DNA from: Psammoneis japonica
Taxonomy: Eukaryota
Assembly: GCA_008632985.1 (NCBI GenBank)
Contig: QPGO01000074.1
Span: forward strand, 62,001 to 126,000
Reading direction: 5' to 3'
DNA length: 64,000 bases
This document shows positions 1 through 12,340 of this stretch, in pieces. Every line of letters starts with the position of its first letter. The first letter of the stretch is position 1. Position numbers and translations under genes: made by a program. The notes beneath the pieces are model-generated. The model saw nothing but the letters and a program-made list of their open reading frames with translations, was not told where the DNA came from and ran no database searches.

Positions 1-930
1 GTCACCAAGCTCGCACAGCTCAAATTTGCTGGTCACAATCAGGACAAGCCTGCCCAAGGCATCACCCTCTTCCAATTTGGGATCACTGCACCAGACAGCG
101 CCGAACAGATTGCCTGCCACAAGGCCATGCATGTGCACATTCATGGCGGCACTGCGGCCCCGTCCCTCCAGGACACTCAAATCCTGGAAGCTCCAGACAA
201 GGCGCTCATGGCAACGACAATGCAAGCCGCCCAGCAGTCACACGATGGATGCCATCTGGTGCTTTCTGCTTTGCTTGGGGCCAACCATCCAGTCGTCCAG
301 TGGCTCACCCGTCAACGTCAAGACATGGACCGGTGCACCAATGAATTGGCAGTGCAGGCCACTTGGCACCCAAACCTTCCGGCGGACTTTCAACGCTGTG
401 CGCAGATTGAAGTTCGCCATTGGTTCAAGGCTCAAGAAGCCTCACTCCACCCGTCACCATTCGCACCCTTCAACGTTGTGTTTGAAGCAGCTAAAGGAAT
501 CATCCACTGGCGTCCGCATTTGCCTGCCAACACGCAAGCTGCCAACCCCAGTTCTGTGCTGGGGGCCGCACCGGCTCCAGCATCTCAACGCCAACCTGCC
601 AACAACACGGCCCCTGCCAGCCAAGCTGCAGGAAGCAACAGCGCAGCCCGCAATCCCTCCTGCGACAACCGCTTTGCCACGCTCCGTGACCGCCCCAACG
701 TCAGGTCACGTGATGTCAAAAACTGATGTGCAAGGGACAACATCGACCTCCCCAAAGATGCCCAAGGTCGCCCTCGTTGCTTCCCCTGCCATTGCAAAGG
801 GCAATGCAACACCAACTGTGGCTTGTCCCATGATCATCGCAATGACCACACAGAAGACGAGCAGGCCACCCTTCTCACCTGGGGTGAGGAGAACTGGAAG
901 ACCGAACAGGTCTTTGGCAACGGCCCAAGT
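1..930 (+). mobile_element. Degenerate gag-like ORF end, probably from a tyrosine-recombinase (DIRS/Ngaro-type) retroelement
   Basis: ORF 127-726 followed by a Cys/His knuckle (CFPCHCKGQCNTNCGLSHDH...EQATLLTWGEENW, ~779-900). TpA nearly absent, CpG retained. Family call is by resemblance only. Confidence 0.4.
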
Positions 931-980
931 TCGGGGACTTGGAGCCAAGAGCCTTCACCCATCACACATGGCATGAGACC

Positions 981-3502
981 ATGATGGCAGCTGGGACGAC
1001 CAAAAGTGATGAGTGGCTTGCTCCAATCAAGGGTCGTCTTCAAGAAACAGCAGGAGGAGACAAGTGGGAGGAGGAGCGTTGGACAGATTTCATTGAGGAA
1101 GCATTGTGGTCCCTGCACGAGAATGATGTCGTTGACGGAGACACGATTCGCACCGCCGAGGGCCTTGTCAAGTGCGGAGTACGAACCAAGAAGCATCTGA
1201 TTGCAATGGCCGGAAAGCCTCCCGACGATGAAAAATTGTCGAGAAAGCTTGAGGCGAAAGGCGTGTCTCTCATCATCTGTGCCATGTTGTTCAATGAGCA
1301 CGTCCATGTGAATCGAGATGGAAAGTCTGACTGCTGGCATTGTGCATGTTGAACATGAGTCAAACATGCTGAACTGTTGCTTGCACTTCTGTCCCAAACT
1401 AATGCTTCTTGTCAGTGGTGCAAGAAAACATGTTTCGTTGTTAGATGATTTTATTCAACCTTTCTCATTTTCAATTTTGGTTTGTTCTTAGACTTTCATG
1501 TCGAAGGCTCATCGAGTGCTGTTGAGGGACTCACACTTGAGCCCAAGCAAGAGCTCCATGATCCGACCAAGGATCGCAGCACAACATCTGTGCCAGATTT
1601 TTTCACGCCCACAAAGAGCAACAAGCCCAGGGACATGTTGCTGAATCGCCTTTTGGAATTAGAAGGAAAAGGAGATGGAAAACAAACACCTGATGTCGCT
1701 CCCTTTCTTGCCATTGTTCAATCGAGTGGTTGCGGGAAGACCCGATCAGTTCTGGAGCTAGCTGAGGAACAAAGAGTTGTGCACTTGCTTTGTTCTAACA
1801 TCAAGGGAGGTCTGCACTCTCCAAAGGTTGTCACTGATTTTATCAAAAACATCAAAAAGGCCGGTGCAACCGAATTTCGTGAACGACGAGCTGCCACATT
1901 TCTTCAATGTGTCAAGAAGTGCTCCGGCAAGTGCAATGCAGGACAAGAGTTGTTCTCCGCTCAATTTGAGGACGGGAGATTCGCCAATTTCTACGACGAG
2001 CTTGCAAAAGTTTATGAAGAAAACCGCACCCCTCCCACTTCCCCCGTGCAGAATGGATGCTTGGATTTGAAAAATGGCTCGTCCTCTTCCGACCGAGAGA
2101 ATTTGCCATTGGTTGTTGTGTTCGACGAGGCATTGGGTCTGACAGAATCTGATGCGCTCAACTGCAACTCGCCCTGTCGGTGCATCCGTTGGCTCCTACG
2201 TTTGAATGATTTGATCGGGCTGTTCCTCGACACTTCGGGAAAGCTGCATCATTTTGCACCGGAAAATTCCTCATCGGATGGAATCGCGGGAATTGGCAAC
2301 TTCGCAGGACCTGTGTTTGAGACAGACACTTTCGACCAGTTAAAAGATCACCTTTTCTTTCTTGGTCGTCCTTTGTGGAAAATGCAATGGGAGCATCATT
2401 TGGACAAAGACTGTGGAAAGTTGGTTGAACATGCGAGCAGCAAATTGATTCCAAGCGAAACCAAAGGTGAGGATGCAAGTTGGTTGTGCGTCCCTTTTGT
2501 TTGTCGATTTGGGTTGGAACTGAAAAAGTCTCTAGCGGAAAAGATGGTTGCCGACCACATGGCAATGCTGGTGAAAGTGAGCGAAGACTGCTCAACTGTT
2601 GTCACAAAGTACAAGTCGGAACCAATTCTTGCGGAAGCTGCAGCACGCATTGCTTGTTGCGAGAAATGTGAAGGCATTACAGTGAAAAGTGTGCTGAGAA
2701 ATGTAAGCGCAAATCTAGAAAACAGCATTTTGAAATGTGATGTTGGGGATCGCGGAGAAGTCGCCACTGCTGCTTGGCTTGGTTTCACTCTTGATGGCAT
2801 CCGCATGACCAAGAATTGCAACGTGGAAACGCACAATCTGTCACGTGAGGTTGACGTGTTTCAGTTCCTTAAAGTCTTAGCGCCAGATTTGTCGATGTTG
2901 CCTTATGAACATCAACTGCAGGGATGGAAGATAAACTTCACACATTTCAATCGGTTGAGCTTTACGCCCGATCGGAGCATGCTTGAAACTTGCTGGGATC
3001 GTCATGCAGCATTGCACTTGCCGGTGAAGAAGGCATTGGCATGTTGATCGCTTTGTTCAAGGAAGACACTGCGTGAAACTTTGAGGAATTTGCAACTCTG
3101 CGAGTGCAAGTCAAGAATTGCAAAAACAACTTGAGTGAGATGGCTTTGAACGACCTGTTTCAGAAGCTGGATGTTCGGCGCTGCTCCCCTCGAACCAAGC
3201 TTGCTGATGAACCTTTTTCAGTTGCCTTGGTCATTCAAGTTGGTGAAGGGGACACAGTCAATTTATGCAAACTTGCTCAACTTGGAAGAATGACTCGCAC
3301 CAGTGTGCGTCACAGCCAAAGTGTCCAACTGCAGTTGGCCTGCACTGTGTCTGGAGATTGTTGCAAAGAAATTCAGATGGTGGCAGGCAAATCCATGGAC
3401 AACAAGGACTTCATTAACTCGTCACACTCATTTCAAAATGGCAAATTTCCATGGCTCATAGATGAGCAGTTTCATGATGTCTCAACGGTCAACTCACCAT
3501 GA
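981..3502 (+). pseudogene. CR/Crinkler-like effector pseudogene (header exon + P-loop NTPase + PD-(D/E)XK-like nuclease)
   Basis: Exon 1 (981-1320) is paralogous to 7294-7633. Donor GT is mutated to GA at 1321. A phase-1 acceptor ttcttag lies at 1491. Motifs: Walker A QSSGCGKT, Walker B VVVFDEA, GDRGE and QVKN. Frameshift near 3024 and in-frame TGA near 3074. Confidence 0.7.
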
Positions 3503-4296
3503 AAAAGCAAGTGATTGCAGTGTTTGTTGCTGACAATCATCCTTTGCATTCAGAACGCGGTCCAGAAGGGTGTCTTCAATCACATCAAGCTGCATCTTCA
3601 CAAGTGAATGACCCTGATCAATGTTCCAATCAAATCCCGTGATCAAGCGATTGGCTGTTCTCGTGTTTCCATCAACCCCAGTGTCTCACTGTCGACCCAT
3701 TCAAGCTTGTGTTTTTTGTCTGTGAAACTGGATTTCTCAGTTGCATTTTTTGAAGTGCCTTGTGATGAAGACAAATCCTCAGCATTCATTTCCCAACATT
3801 GGAGTGCTGTGTCCTTGCTCTTTGCACAACACTTTCTGGGTCTGGTTGTCCCACTCAGAATCCCCCATGCCAAGTTCAAGCTTCTTTTTGAGATGAGACT
3901 GGATTGTTGACAACTTCTTCACCATGGAATTTTGCACAACCTGTCCAGCCCAATGCTTCTGCAAGTCAAGTCATGGACACAACAAAGACAAGACTGCCTT
4001 TGTCCACACACTGTTGCAAGCACCATGTTTGCCACTGTCATGAATGGTCAACAAGAAGACTGGGTGACACCCACAATTGACTCTCTTTCCCAATTTCTTG
4101 AGCATGAATGAGTGCGCAAGTGATTTTCAAGGGGATGCTTTTGCAGAGCCCTTTCATCTCTGCATGGAATCAACCATGGAAAACAAGTGCACATCTGACT
4201 GGGCTGCTTTTTGTTGTGGGAGAAGTGGCCTGTTCCAGCTCCAGGTGATGTGCTGAGGTGCACGACCCATCCTTTGCCAATTTTTGCATTTGGTGA

Positions 4297-4428
4297 TTTG
4301 GTGCAATGAACTCCTTCAAAATTGATTTTCTCCAAAATCAAAGGGCAAGTGCACACAAAACTTTTTTTGTGCACACTGACCTTTCAATTTTCAAAAGAAT
4401 CAAATTTGAAGGAGTTCATTGTGCCAAA
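4297..4428. repeat. ~65-bp-arm imperfect inverted repeat (hairpin)
   Basis: tttggtgcaatgaactccttcaaaattgatt...gtgcacacaaaa pairs with ttttgtgcacac...aatcaaatttgaaggagttcattgtgccaaa. Confidence 0.8.
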
Positions 4429-4767
4429 GGTGATTTTTGGCCAGTGTCCCATTTTGCGTGAAAAGTGCTTTCTGTGTGCATGCTTTTTTTCATTTTTTGG
4501 AGGTCATGTTTTTGGTCTGCTTCAACTCAACTGACATCCAAGAACATCCCCTGTTTCCGCAGATGCCAGACAATTGATTTCACTGAGCATGCCATGAAAT
4601 GATGTCCTCTTGTTGATTTCTCATCCATCTCATCCACCATCCCTCAGCACACATTTTTCACTCAAATCTTCAATGCATTGTGGTGAAGAAGAGGAAGCAA
4701 GCTGGTGTTGGCCATCGACACAAGTCAGGAACTGGCAACAGCAAAAACAAAAAAGTCATCATGAGGG

Positions 4768-5100
4768 GCTGTCCTTTCCAAGACAACCTGCCCCCTCTCA
4801 AATCAATGCTGAGGGAGTGGCAGCCACTCCCTCCAACCTCATTGCTGGCAATGCTGCCATCACTCCCTCCATTGCTCTCACCGACCAAATTCCTGTCAAC
4901 CTGAACACCCCTCCACAGAAGGCCCCACTTGTTGTGAAGGGTTGTCCTTTTCCAAGGCAACCTGCCCCCTCCCAAATCAATGCCAAAGGAGTGGCGGCCA
5001 CTCCCTTTAACCTCGCCTCTGACAATGCCACAGCCACTCCCTCCACTGCTTCTGCCAGCCAAACTCCTGTGAATCTGAACCCCTCCACAGAGCGCCCCAC
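4768..5100 (+). repeat. Two diverged tandem copies of a ~175-bp unit
   Basis: The ORF repeats PFPRQPAPSQINAxGVAATPxNL...PVNLN twice (~4770 and ~4945). Confidence 0.75.
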
Positions 5101-7293
5101 CTGCATGCAATCATCCAAATGCCTTTGATGCAACCTGCAAAGATCCCCAGCATGTGGGGTTGGCGCACAATCCAAACCACACAAAGCCGTTGGACCTGGG
5201 CTGGGACTCTCATTGGTGCATGGAGACAGCAAATTTGTGCATGAGTGCTGCCGTTTTTTCTCTCAGTCCAGATGGAAAGCCTGCTTCTAGCCTGCTTTTG
5301 AACAGGCATGTTGTTGCAGATTCTGCCACAGACAGCTGCTTGGCTGAAATTGATTGTCAGCTCCAACATGCCAAGCACACAGGTGACCACTTTGAAAACA
5401 CTGATTTTGTTTTCCCAGATGGCAATGGGCTGGTTCCTTCTGCCCGACTTGTTGTTCGAAGACCGACACCCAGAATCATTTTTCATGCACCACATGGCTG
5501 CTTTGGCTTGTGACAATTCACTTGATTGTGGTTGCTCTGTGTGTTGTTCATTTGACATGCATTTTCTTCTGGCAACTCCCTTTGTGTGTTGTTGTGCCCA
5601 TTGGCGATGCTTGTTTTGTCTCTCTTGACAACTCTCATGTTGTCTTGCTTGCTTCTCCATCCCCGTCCAGCAACATGCACAAAAGGAAGCACCTGTGCAA
5701 CCTGAGCTGTTGTGAGTCTTGTGTCACCCCAAAAGAAGCATTGGAGGTGTCCCCATTTGCTGGCACAGAGAATTTTAAGGATTGGTTCAAACACCTCAGT
5801 TGTGAATCTTTTTCTCATTGCTTTTCCTGGGAAGCCACGTGCAGTGATGTTGCAAAGGCGCGGGCCAATCTCAAAAACAACTGCCCATCTTCAGACATGT
5901 GGTGGCATCTCTCATCCTCAGAGCACCTGTGTGACATCTGGTTCATGAAACTTTGCCAGAAATGTCCTGCCATGATCACCTTGAAAACACAAAAAAATGT
6001 GTTCTCGTCCAAAGAGAAGCCATCCACTTGATCGTGCAGGATTTGGTTTGTTGCTGAACATGCTTCCCAAGGGACATTGGGTGTGCAGGAGACACAAGAT
6101 GGTCACACCTGCCAATTCAGATTCTTGCCCTCAATGCAGATTTTCCAAATCGTGCCTGTTGCGCCAATCTTTGCTTCACAAAAGGAAGTGTGCAGACACA
6201 GACGATTCAGCCATGCAAGTGCATGTGTTGCTCAACAACAGAAAATCCAATGATGATCCCACCGAGCTGGAACCCGGTGTGCAGCCTCCATGCTCTCCCC
6301 AAGGAAATGCAACCAACCTCTTCAGGTGCACCGATTTTGACGACGTTCGTGCTTTGGTCAAGGAAAGGACTGCTCTCGCTTTGCACAAAACCCAGCTGCA
6401 CCTCCAGGTGACCTCTCAGATGAACAAACAGCAAAAGAAAAGAGCTGTGAGTTCTGGAACAGCTTTGGTTTGGAGGGGTTGCTGACCAAGACACATGACG
6501 CGGATGCGTCCCTGGGTGGGCTTGCCCCCATTGTGCCTGAGAATTTGGACAGCACAAGTGCTGCTTGCGTCAAACGTCGCCTTCTTTCTTTGGAAGATCC
6601 TCCAGAGTTTGTGAAAATGTGGCAGCATGAGTTGTCCATTTGGAGAAACCTGAAACAAGCACGTGCGTGGGTTGGTGGCTGAAGAAAGCAATCCACGGCC
6701 ACCAGACCGACGCTGCGTTCGAGCGCCTCCTCGCTCACGAGAGCTTCCGCGGGACGCGCCTGTCACGTGCCATCAAAGGGACAATGAATGCATGCCCAGC
6801 ACATTCAACCACATCTCTCTGTTTTGGTCCATGCTCCAGTGTTCCATGATGGCAAACAAACAACTTCATCTCCTCCAATTCTCTGAAAAAAGGCGACACT
6901 TCATGCCCAAACACAACCAGCCTCACATCTGCTTCACCTGTCAGGGCAGAAAAAATCACCTGTTCACAAAAAATTGCAGGAGATAAAGTTGATTGCGTGT
7001 CACTGTGTGACACTAGAGCATGAAGTAAAATAGAGAGCCATGATCGAATGCCGGTTGCCATCAATGATGCCCTAACACGTTGCTTCGTGTTGCCTCCGTA
7101 CGGTGTTGTTGTACGGCGCTGCTCGTACCGCGTGCAAGTCCTTCTACAGTACGCACGCAGATTGCTGCTACTCACGGACGTGGAATTTTTAATCAGATTA
7201 TTCGGAAAAAACTGGCCTTGCGCTCGGCGCGCGATCCGAGATACCATAGAGAGAATAATAGAGACAGCCGCAAGCACACTGCACACTGAGACC

Positions 7294-9881
7294 ATGATGG
7301 CAGCTGGGACGACCAAAAGTGACGAGTGGCTTGCTCTGATCAAGGGTCGTGTTCAAGAAATAGTAGGAGGAGATAAGTGGGAGGAGGAGCATTGGACAGA
7401 TTTCATTGAGGAAGTATTGTGGTCCCTGCACGAGAATGATATCGTTGACGGAGACACGAGTCGCACCGCCGAGGGCCTTATCAAGTGCGGAGTACGAACC
7501 AAGAAGCATCTGATTGCAATGGCCGGAAAGCCTCCCGACGATGAAAAATTGTCGAGATTGCTTGAGGCGAAAGGCGTGTCTCTCGTCATCTGCGCTATGT
7601 TATTCAACGAGTACGTCCATGTGAATCGAGATGGTAAGTCTGACTGGCGTTGTACATATTGAATATGAGTCAAACATACTGTACAGTATCTCGTTCTTGG
7701 TTTCTATTGTTCCATCGCATATACGGTTTCAACTATAAAAACTCATCCTGATTGTACTTGTCTATTCTTTTCAAAGTAGCTTCACTACAGCAGCAGCAGC
7801 AGCAGCGGACTGGCATGTTTACTGTCTTCGTGAGAAACCACAATTTGTCAGTCACGAATGTTATTAAGTTCCACGATAAGCGTTTTCCATCGACTGTGGG
7901 TGAGTTCTGGGAGGCGACAGGCCTTGAATGGACCATTGACTCTGCGTGTGTCACGGTAAAAATGCTTATGGGCTGGGAAAAATTGAGCGACAATCCCAAA
8001 AATACAGCAAATTATGCTGAGGGTGACCCCAGCTTCGGGATTATGTTTCAGTTGTCGCCTTACCGTACTCCTACATCAAGTCCTACTAGCGACGAATACA
8101 TCAGTATCCAGGCCGAGGAGGAGTCGAATTTTGCTGAATGTATCCAAAACTTATTTCGCGAGAATCCTTTCAATGCAGCTATACCAGAGCTGTACGAAGA
8201 CGAGGCCATCCGTGGGTTACGATTGTTCTTCCAGCAGGGAAGAGAAGAAAGAACAAGGTCGTTGGCTTCGGAGGTGAAAACGCTTGCTCTGATATTTGCG
8301 ATGCCCGGGGCAGGAAAGACTCGGACTGTACAAGAAGCAGCTCATAGTCTTGGTTTGGAGTATCACAGATTCAAGATGTCTAACGCAAACTTGTCCACGA
8401 TGAGAGAGGTAAGGCAGTTCCTCTTGAAAAGGGTAGCAACACTCTGCGACTGCGAAACGAATGCGATACCTCTAGAGAGAAAGGTGCTGGTGCTTCATTT
8501 TGATGAAATTCAATCAATTATGAGAGCTCCACGTGATGACGGAGACAGAGATAATTCCCTTGTGACCACGCTGGCCAAAGAATGTGATGCGTTGATTAAC
8601 AAACATGGGGAGAACCAACGTTCGTGGCTCAAGTTTGTAATGACAGGCACCAATATCTTCTCGGACACACAGATCAATGTGGGCAGTCAAGTGAAAACAG
8701 AATTGATACCGATGGGGGGCTCTTTTTCTCATGACTTTGTATGCCAGCTTGCGAGGAAATATAATCTCATGCCATTTTTCGCTGAAGACAACGAGAAATA
8801 TCTGGAACGCTGTCGCCACAACCGACGCTTTACCGAACGATTTTTCTGTGCTTTGTGGGACAAACGAGGCGAGGGCATCGCTGATCCCTCCGTTGTGGAT
8901 GATGCGTATCACTCGGCACTTAGTGCAATGAGTCGACAAATTGCTGGAAACATGGGAGGAGAAACTATCAACGTATCTTCAGTTGCATGCACTGTCTTCG
9001 CAAAGATTCTGGATATCAACTCTGAGATGATAGTCAACGGCATCGCAATACTCAAAAACTGTTCCATGACTGAGAAGTCTTATATTGCGGGTGGCGGGCT
9101 CAACGTGAAGGAAATGATGGGGAGCGATATTTCAATCTTCTACCCCGCTGGATGTGTTCTCGAGCTCCTTGAACGACTGCTTGCCCGTACGAACTCACGA
9201 CACAGCTGCAACACTGTTATATCTTTCCTCCGCGTCAGTGGAGTCCTTCAGTTTGGAATCAAAGGCCATTTGTTTGAATGGCTGGTGGCCTACGATATTT
9301 CGTCTCCTCGTTCAGAATTTGATGCGCTGATGCCGCCTAATCGCAAGCGTCTCTCGGAATGCATTGGCGCAGTTCCACTCTCTTGCCCAAAAGTCTATGA
9401 GAAGATTGCCGGCGGTGACACAACGAACTATGCATGGATCGTTTTGGACCAGCACAACGCTCATCAAAATCGATGGATAGACTTTGCATACTCAATTGAA
9501 GTCCCGGCTGGTTTCAAGGCTGCGTACATCATAGTGGAATGCAAAACGGGATACAAGAAGGACCGAGCAAAACTGAAGGGAAACTGTGAAACGTTCTTCG
9601 CGAAGGCTTCTGAGTATGCAGGAACTAAATCGGACTTCTTCTTTATGGCCGTCTTTGCATGTGAGCACGAGTTCAATCATGAGGGGTATGCAGAACATCC
9701 AAGAAACTTGGAGACTGCTGTCGCGGTGGTTAATGAGGTGTCTTGTCCCACAATCGCCCGTTTTCTTTGCGCCGACCACAGCAATTCAGGTGACGTAAAC
9801 GCTCTTGTCCACGAACTCACATCTGCGGTGATTCGTGATGATGGGGCAAAGCCGTACCCCGGTGGTACGCCGTGTAAATAA
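7294..9881 (+). CDS. CR/Crinkler-like protein: N-terminal header + P-loop NTPase + C-terminal PD-(D/E)XK restriction-like nuclease; 2 exons (7294-7633, 7777/7780-9881)
   Basis: GTAAGT donor at 7634 and in-frame phase-1 acceptors at 7776/7779. Walker A MPGAGKT, Walker B VLHFDEIQ, KGHLFE, WIDF...IIVECKTG. Normal TA/CG content. Confidence 0.75.
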
Positions 9882-10339
9882 CTTTCTCTCTCGAGGCACT
9901 ACGGGCATCGTCGCACGTGTTTACGGCAGTGATGGTTCGACGAAACAAGCTCGTTTGAATGCCTCAGTACCCTTGATGGTGTCCGTTGTCTGTGGCAACT
10001 GGCAACGTGTCTTATTCAACTGAAACTTCTGCCCCGGTGTAACTCGCTGACTGCTTTTTTGGGACTTTTACCTTCCGCTTGGGATCCCACACAGCAGCTG
10101 CTTTAGTTTGTACAATTTTGGGGCGTGGGCGACTCGGTAAAGTAGTTTATGCGAAAGCTTCATCCAAGGATGATAGGAGTGCGAATCCTGGAATGGCACC
10201 GGCACCTAGCTAGACTCGAACATAGTAGAGATCCAACTCATCAAAATGCACTAAATGATGTATGTTGAAATCCACTACTTTATATCCCATCTATCCCTGC
10301 CAATTCACTGGATGGCACTTTTCGTCACCATCACAGCAC

Positions 10340-10490
10340 CCTGTACAACAGTCGCAAGTGTTGATTGGATTGGATTTTCTTCAGGGACCGCAATCTGCTG
10401 AGCAGGCGAATTTCGGAGGGGACTTGCCCTTCAAACTCATTTATGTGAATCCATGCGATGTACAATTCACTCAGTTCTGACAGCTCCATT
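10340..10490 (-). pseudogene. Leucine-rich-repeat gene fragment
   Basis: LSELYIAWIHINEFEGQVPSEIRLLSRL resembles the NxFxGxIPSEIGLLxxL LRR. No full ORF. Confidence 0.45.
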
Positions 10491-10519
10491 GCAGAAAGAC
10501 AATTTTGGAGCAATCACCT

Positions 10520-11790
10520 GACGATTGCCCTCTGTCCTCTGTCACTCGTTCTCATCTTCTCTTGTGGCTGATGATGCACTCCCTGCAGAGCTCTGTCTCT
10601 GGTTGGTTGTGGTGCAAGCCACAAGGAACCAGACCTTGAGCAGGATCTTGCATCTTGGAGGAGCCCAGAGATGCAGAGCTCCAGCAGGAGAGCTCTCTCT
10701 GCTCATTGACAAGTGAAGTGCCATTGATGAAAAGAAGAAGTGAGCTGCCAGCTGGTGGAGAAGTGGCTTTGAACCAAGTGCAGAGTCAAAGAGTCTGTTG
10801 AGAATGGAAGGAGGCAGGGAAGCAGCTGCAACAGTGGAAGAGTGGCAGGGATGCATGATGCAGCATGTGGTGGGAGGCAGATGAGTCAGTGTGAAGGAAG
10901 GAGGCAAAGCAAACAAGAGCATCATGGAAAGATGGTGTGCTGGGCTGTGCCCAAGCACTTGAATGGCCCATTGAGATGGAGAGGCTGAATCATGCATCAC
11001 TGGAAAGGTGGTTCAAGGCAAAATCAGCAGAAGGAAGAAGGGTGGATGGAGAGGTCAGAGCATAGAGAAAGGTGCAGTGGAGAGTGTCAGAGTTGCAGAG
11101 GTCAGAGGAGGAGGACCAAAAAGGCTTGTTGGGCTGCCTGACAGCAGGTGGAGGAAAGCAAAGAGCCAAAGAGAAATTGATGGCCAAAGAAGCCAAGGCC
11201 GCCAAGGTGATCTCAACAGTGAATGGGAGAAGGAAGATGCCATTGTCATTGAGCAAGGCAATTGTGAGGTGTCCATCAGCAGAAGTGGCAGAGGGTCCAA
11301 GAAACTTCATTCTCGTCACACTTGAGTGGTGTGCCTCAGTTAAAACAGGGGAGGAGGGAGTGGGCAGACCAGGAGGAGGGGGGAAAGGAGCTTGGGGAAC
11401 AGCAACATCAATGGCAACACTGTGGTGGTGGGAGGGAGCTGAGAAAGAGAAGCAGGAGGTGGTGCAGAAATGCTGATGCTGCCAGGGCAGACAGAAGTGG
11501 GCAGGTGGGAACTGGGTTTGCACAGGCTCAAGGTGAGTGTTGTGAGAGGAGTGACAGAGCTTGGTTGTGAGGGTGTTCTGGAGTCTTGCACAGCAGGCCT
11601 CAGTGTGCACATGGCATCTGACATGGTGTGGAAGCATGTCACAAGTGAAAACCCCTGTGCAAGCATGGGGGCACACTGCACTTTTGATGAGATTTCGAGC
11701 AAATTCTGTTGCATCATGTGGAGTTTGGTGTGCTGTCACTCATCAGACACCAGTGATGGTTGGGGCTCAGTCAACCATTGTGTGATGTGA
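10520..11790 (-). mobile_element. Degenerate 3' part of a non-LTR retrotransposon (restriction-like endonuclease type)
   Basis: ORF 10990-11739 contains SVAIDVAVP and LLPFTV motifs, the latter followed in an adjacent frame by DHLGGLG. TpA-depleted. Confidence 0.35.
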
Positions 11791-12340
11791 TGTTGGAGGG
11801 AAACTTGACAATCAGAGTGGGGGACAATTTGCCCGGGGGGGGGCAATCGAATGGGGGCAATCAAACAATTTGGGCAAGCCTTTGATTTTCAATGTGGGTT
11901 TTGGGTTTGTTGCATTTGGGGCTCGGCCGCATCACAATGAATGAAGTGACACCCACGTGCTCAATTTTTATTTTGGTTCCTCTGAGGAGCCCAGAAATGC
12001 AGAGCTCCAGCAGGAGAGCTCTCTGCTCATTGAGAAGTGAAGTGCCATTGATGAAAAGAAGAAGTGAGCCACCAGCTGGTGGAGAAGTGGCTTTGAACTA
12101 AGTGCAGAGTTAAAGAGCCTGTTGAGAATGGAAGAAGGCAGGGAAGCAGCTGCAGCAGTGGAATGGTGGCAGGGACGCATGATGCAGCATGTGGGGCATT
12201 TGGCAGAAGGGACAGGAGATGAGTCAGTGTGAAGGGAGGAGGCAAAGCAAAGTGCATCATGGAAAGATGGTGGCTGGGTTGTGCCCAAGCATTTGAGTGG
12301 CACCCATTGAGATGGAGAGGCAGAATCATTCATCACTGAC
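10657..12340. repeat. Direct repeat pair ~350 bp (10657-11000 and 11984-12340)
   Basis: gaggagcccaga.atgcagagctccagcaggagagctc... aligns. Differences include gaaccaag/gaactaag and gagtcaaag/gagttaaag. Confidence 0.85.

Noticed and set aside
981..7683. Classical RIP (CpA->TpA) acting on the 7.3-kb copy
   Set aside because: The TA-bearing copy has the intact splice donor, an open ORF and normal composition, and TE motifs show Tyr->Cys/His, so TA is ancestral.
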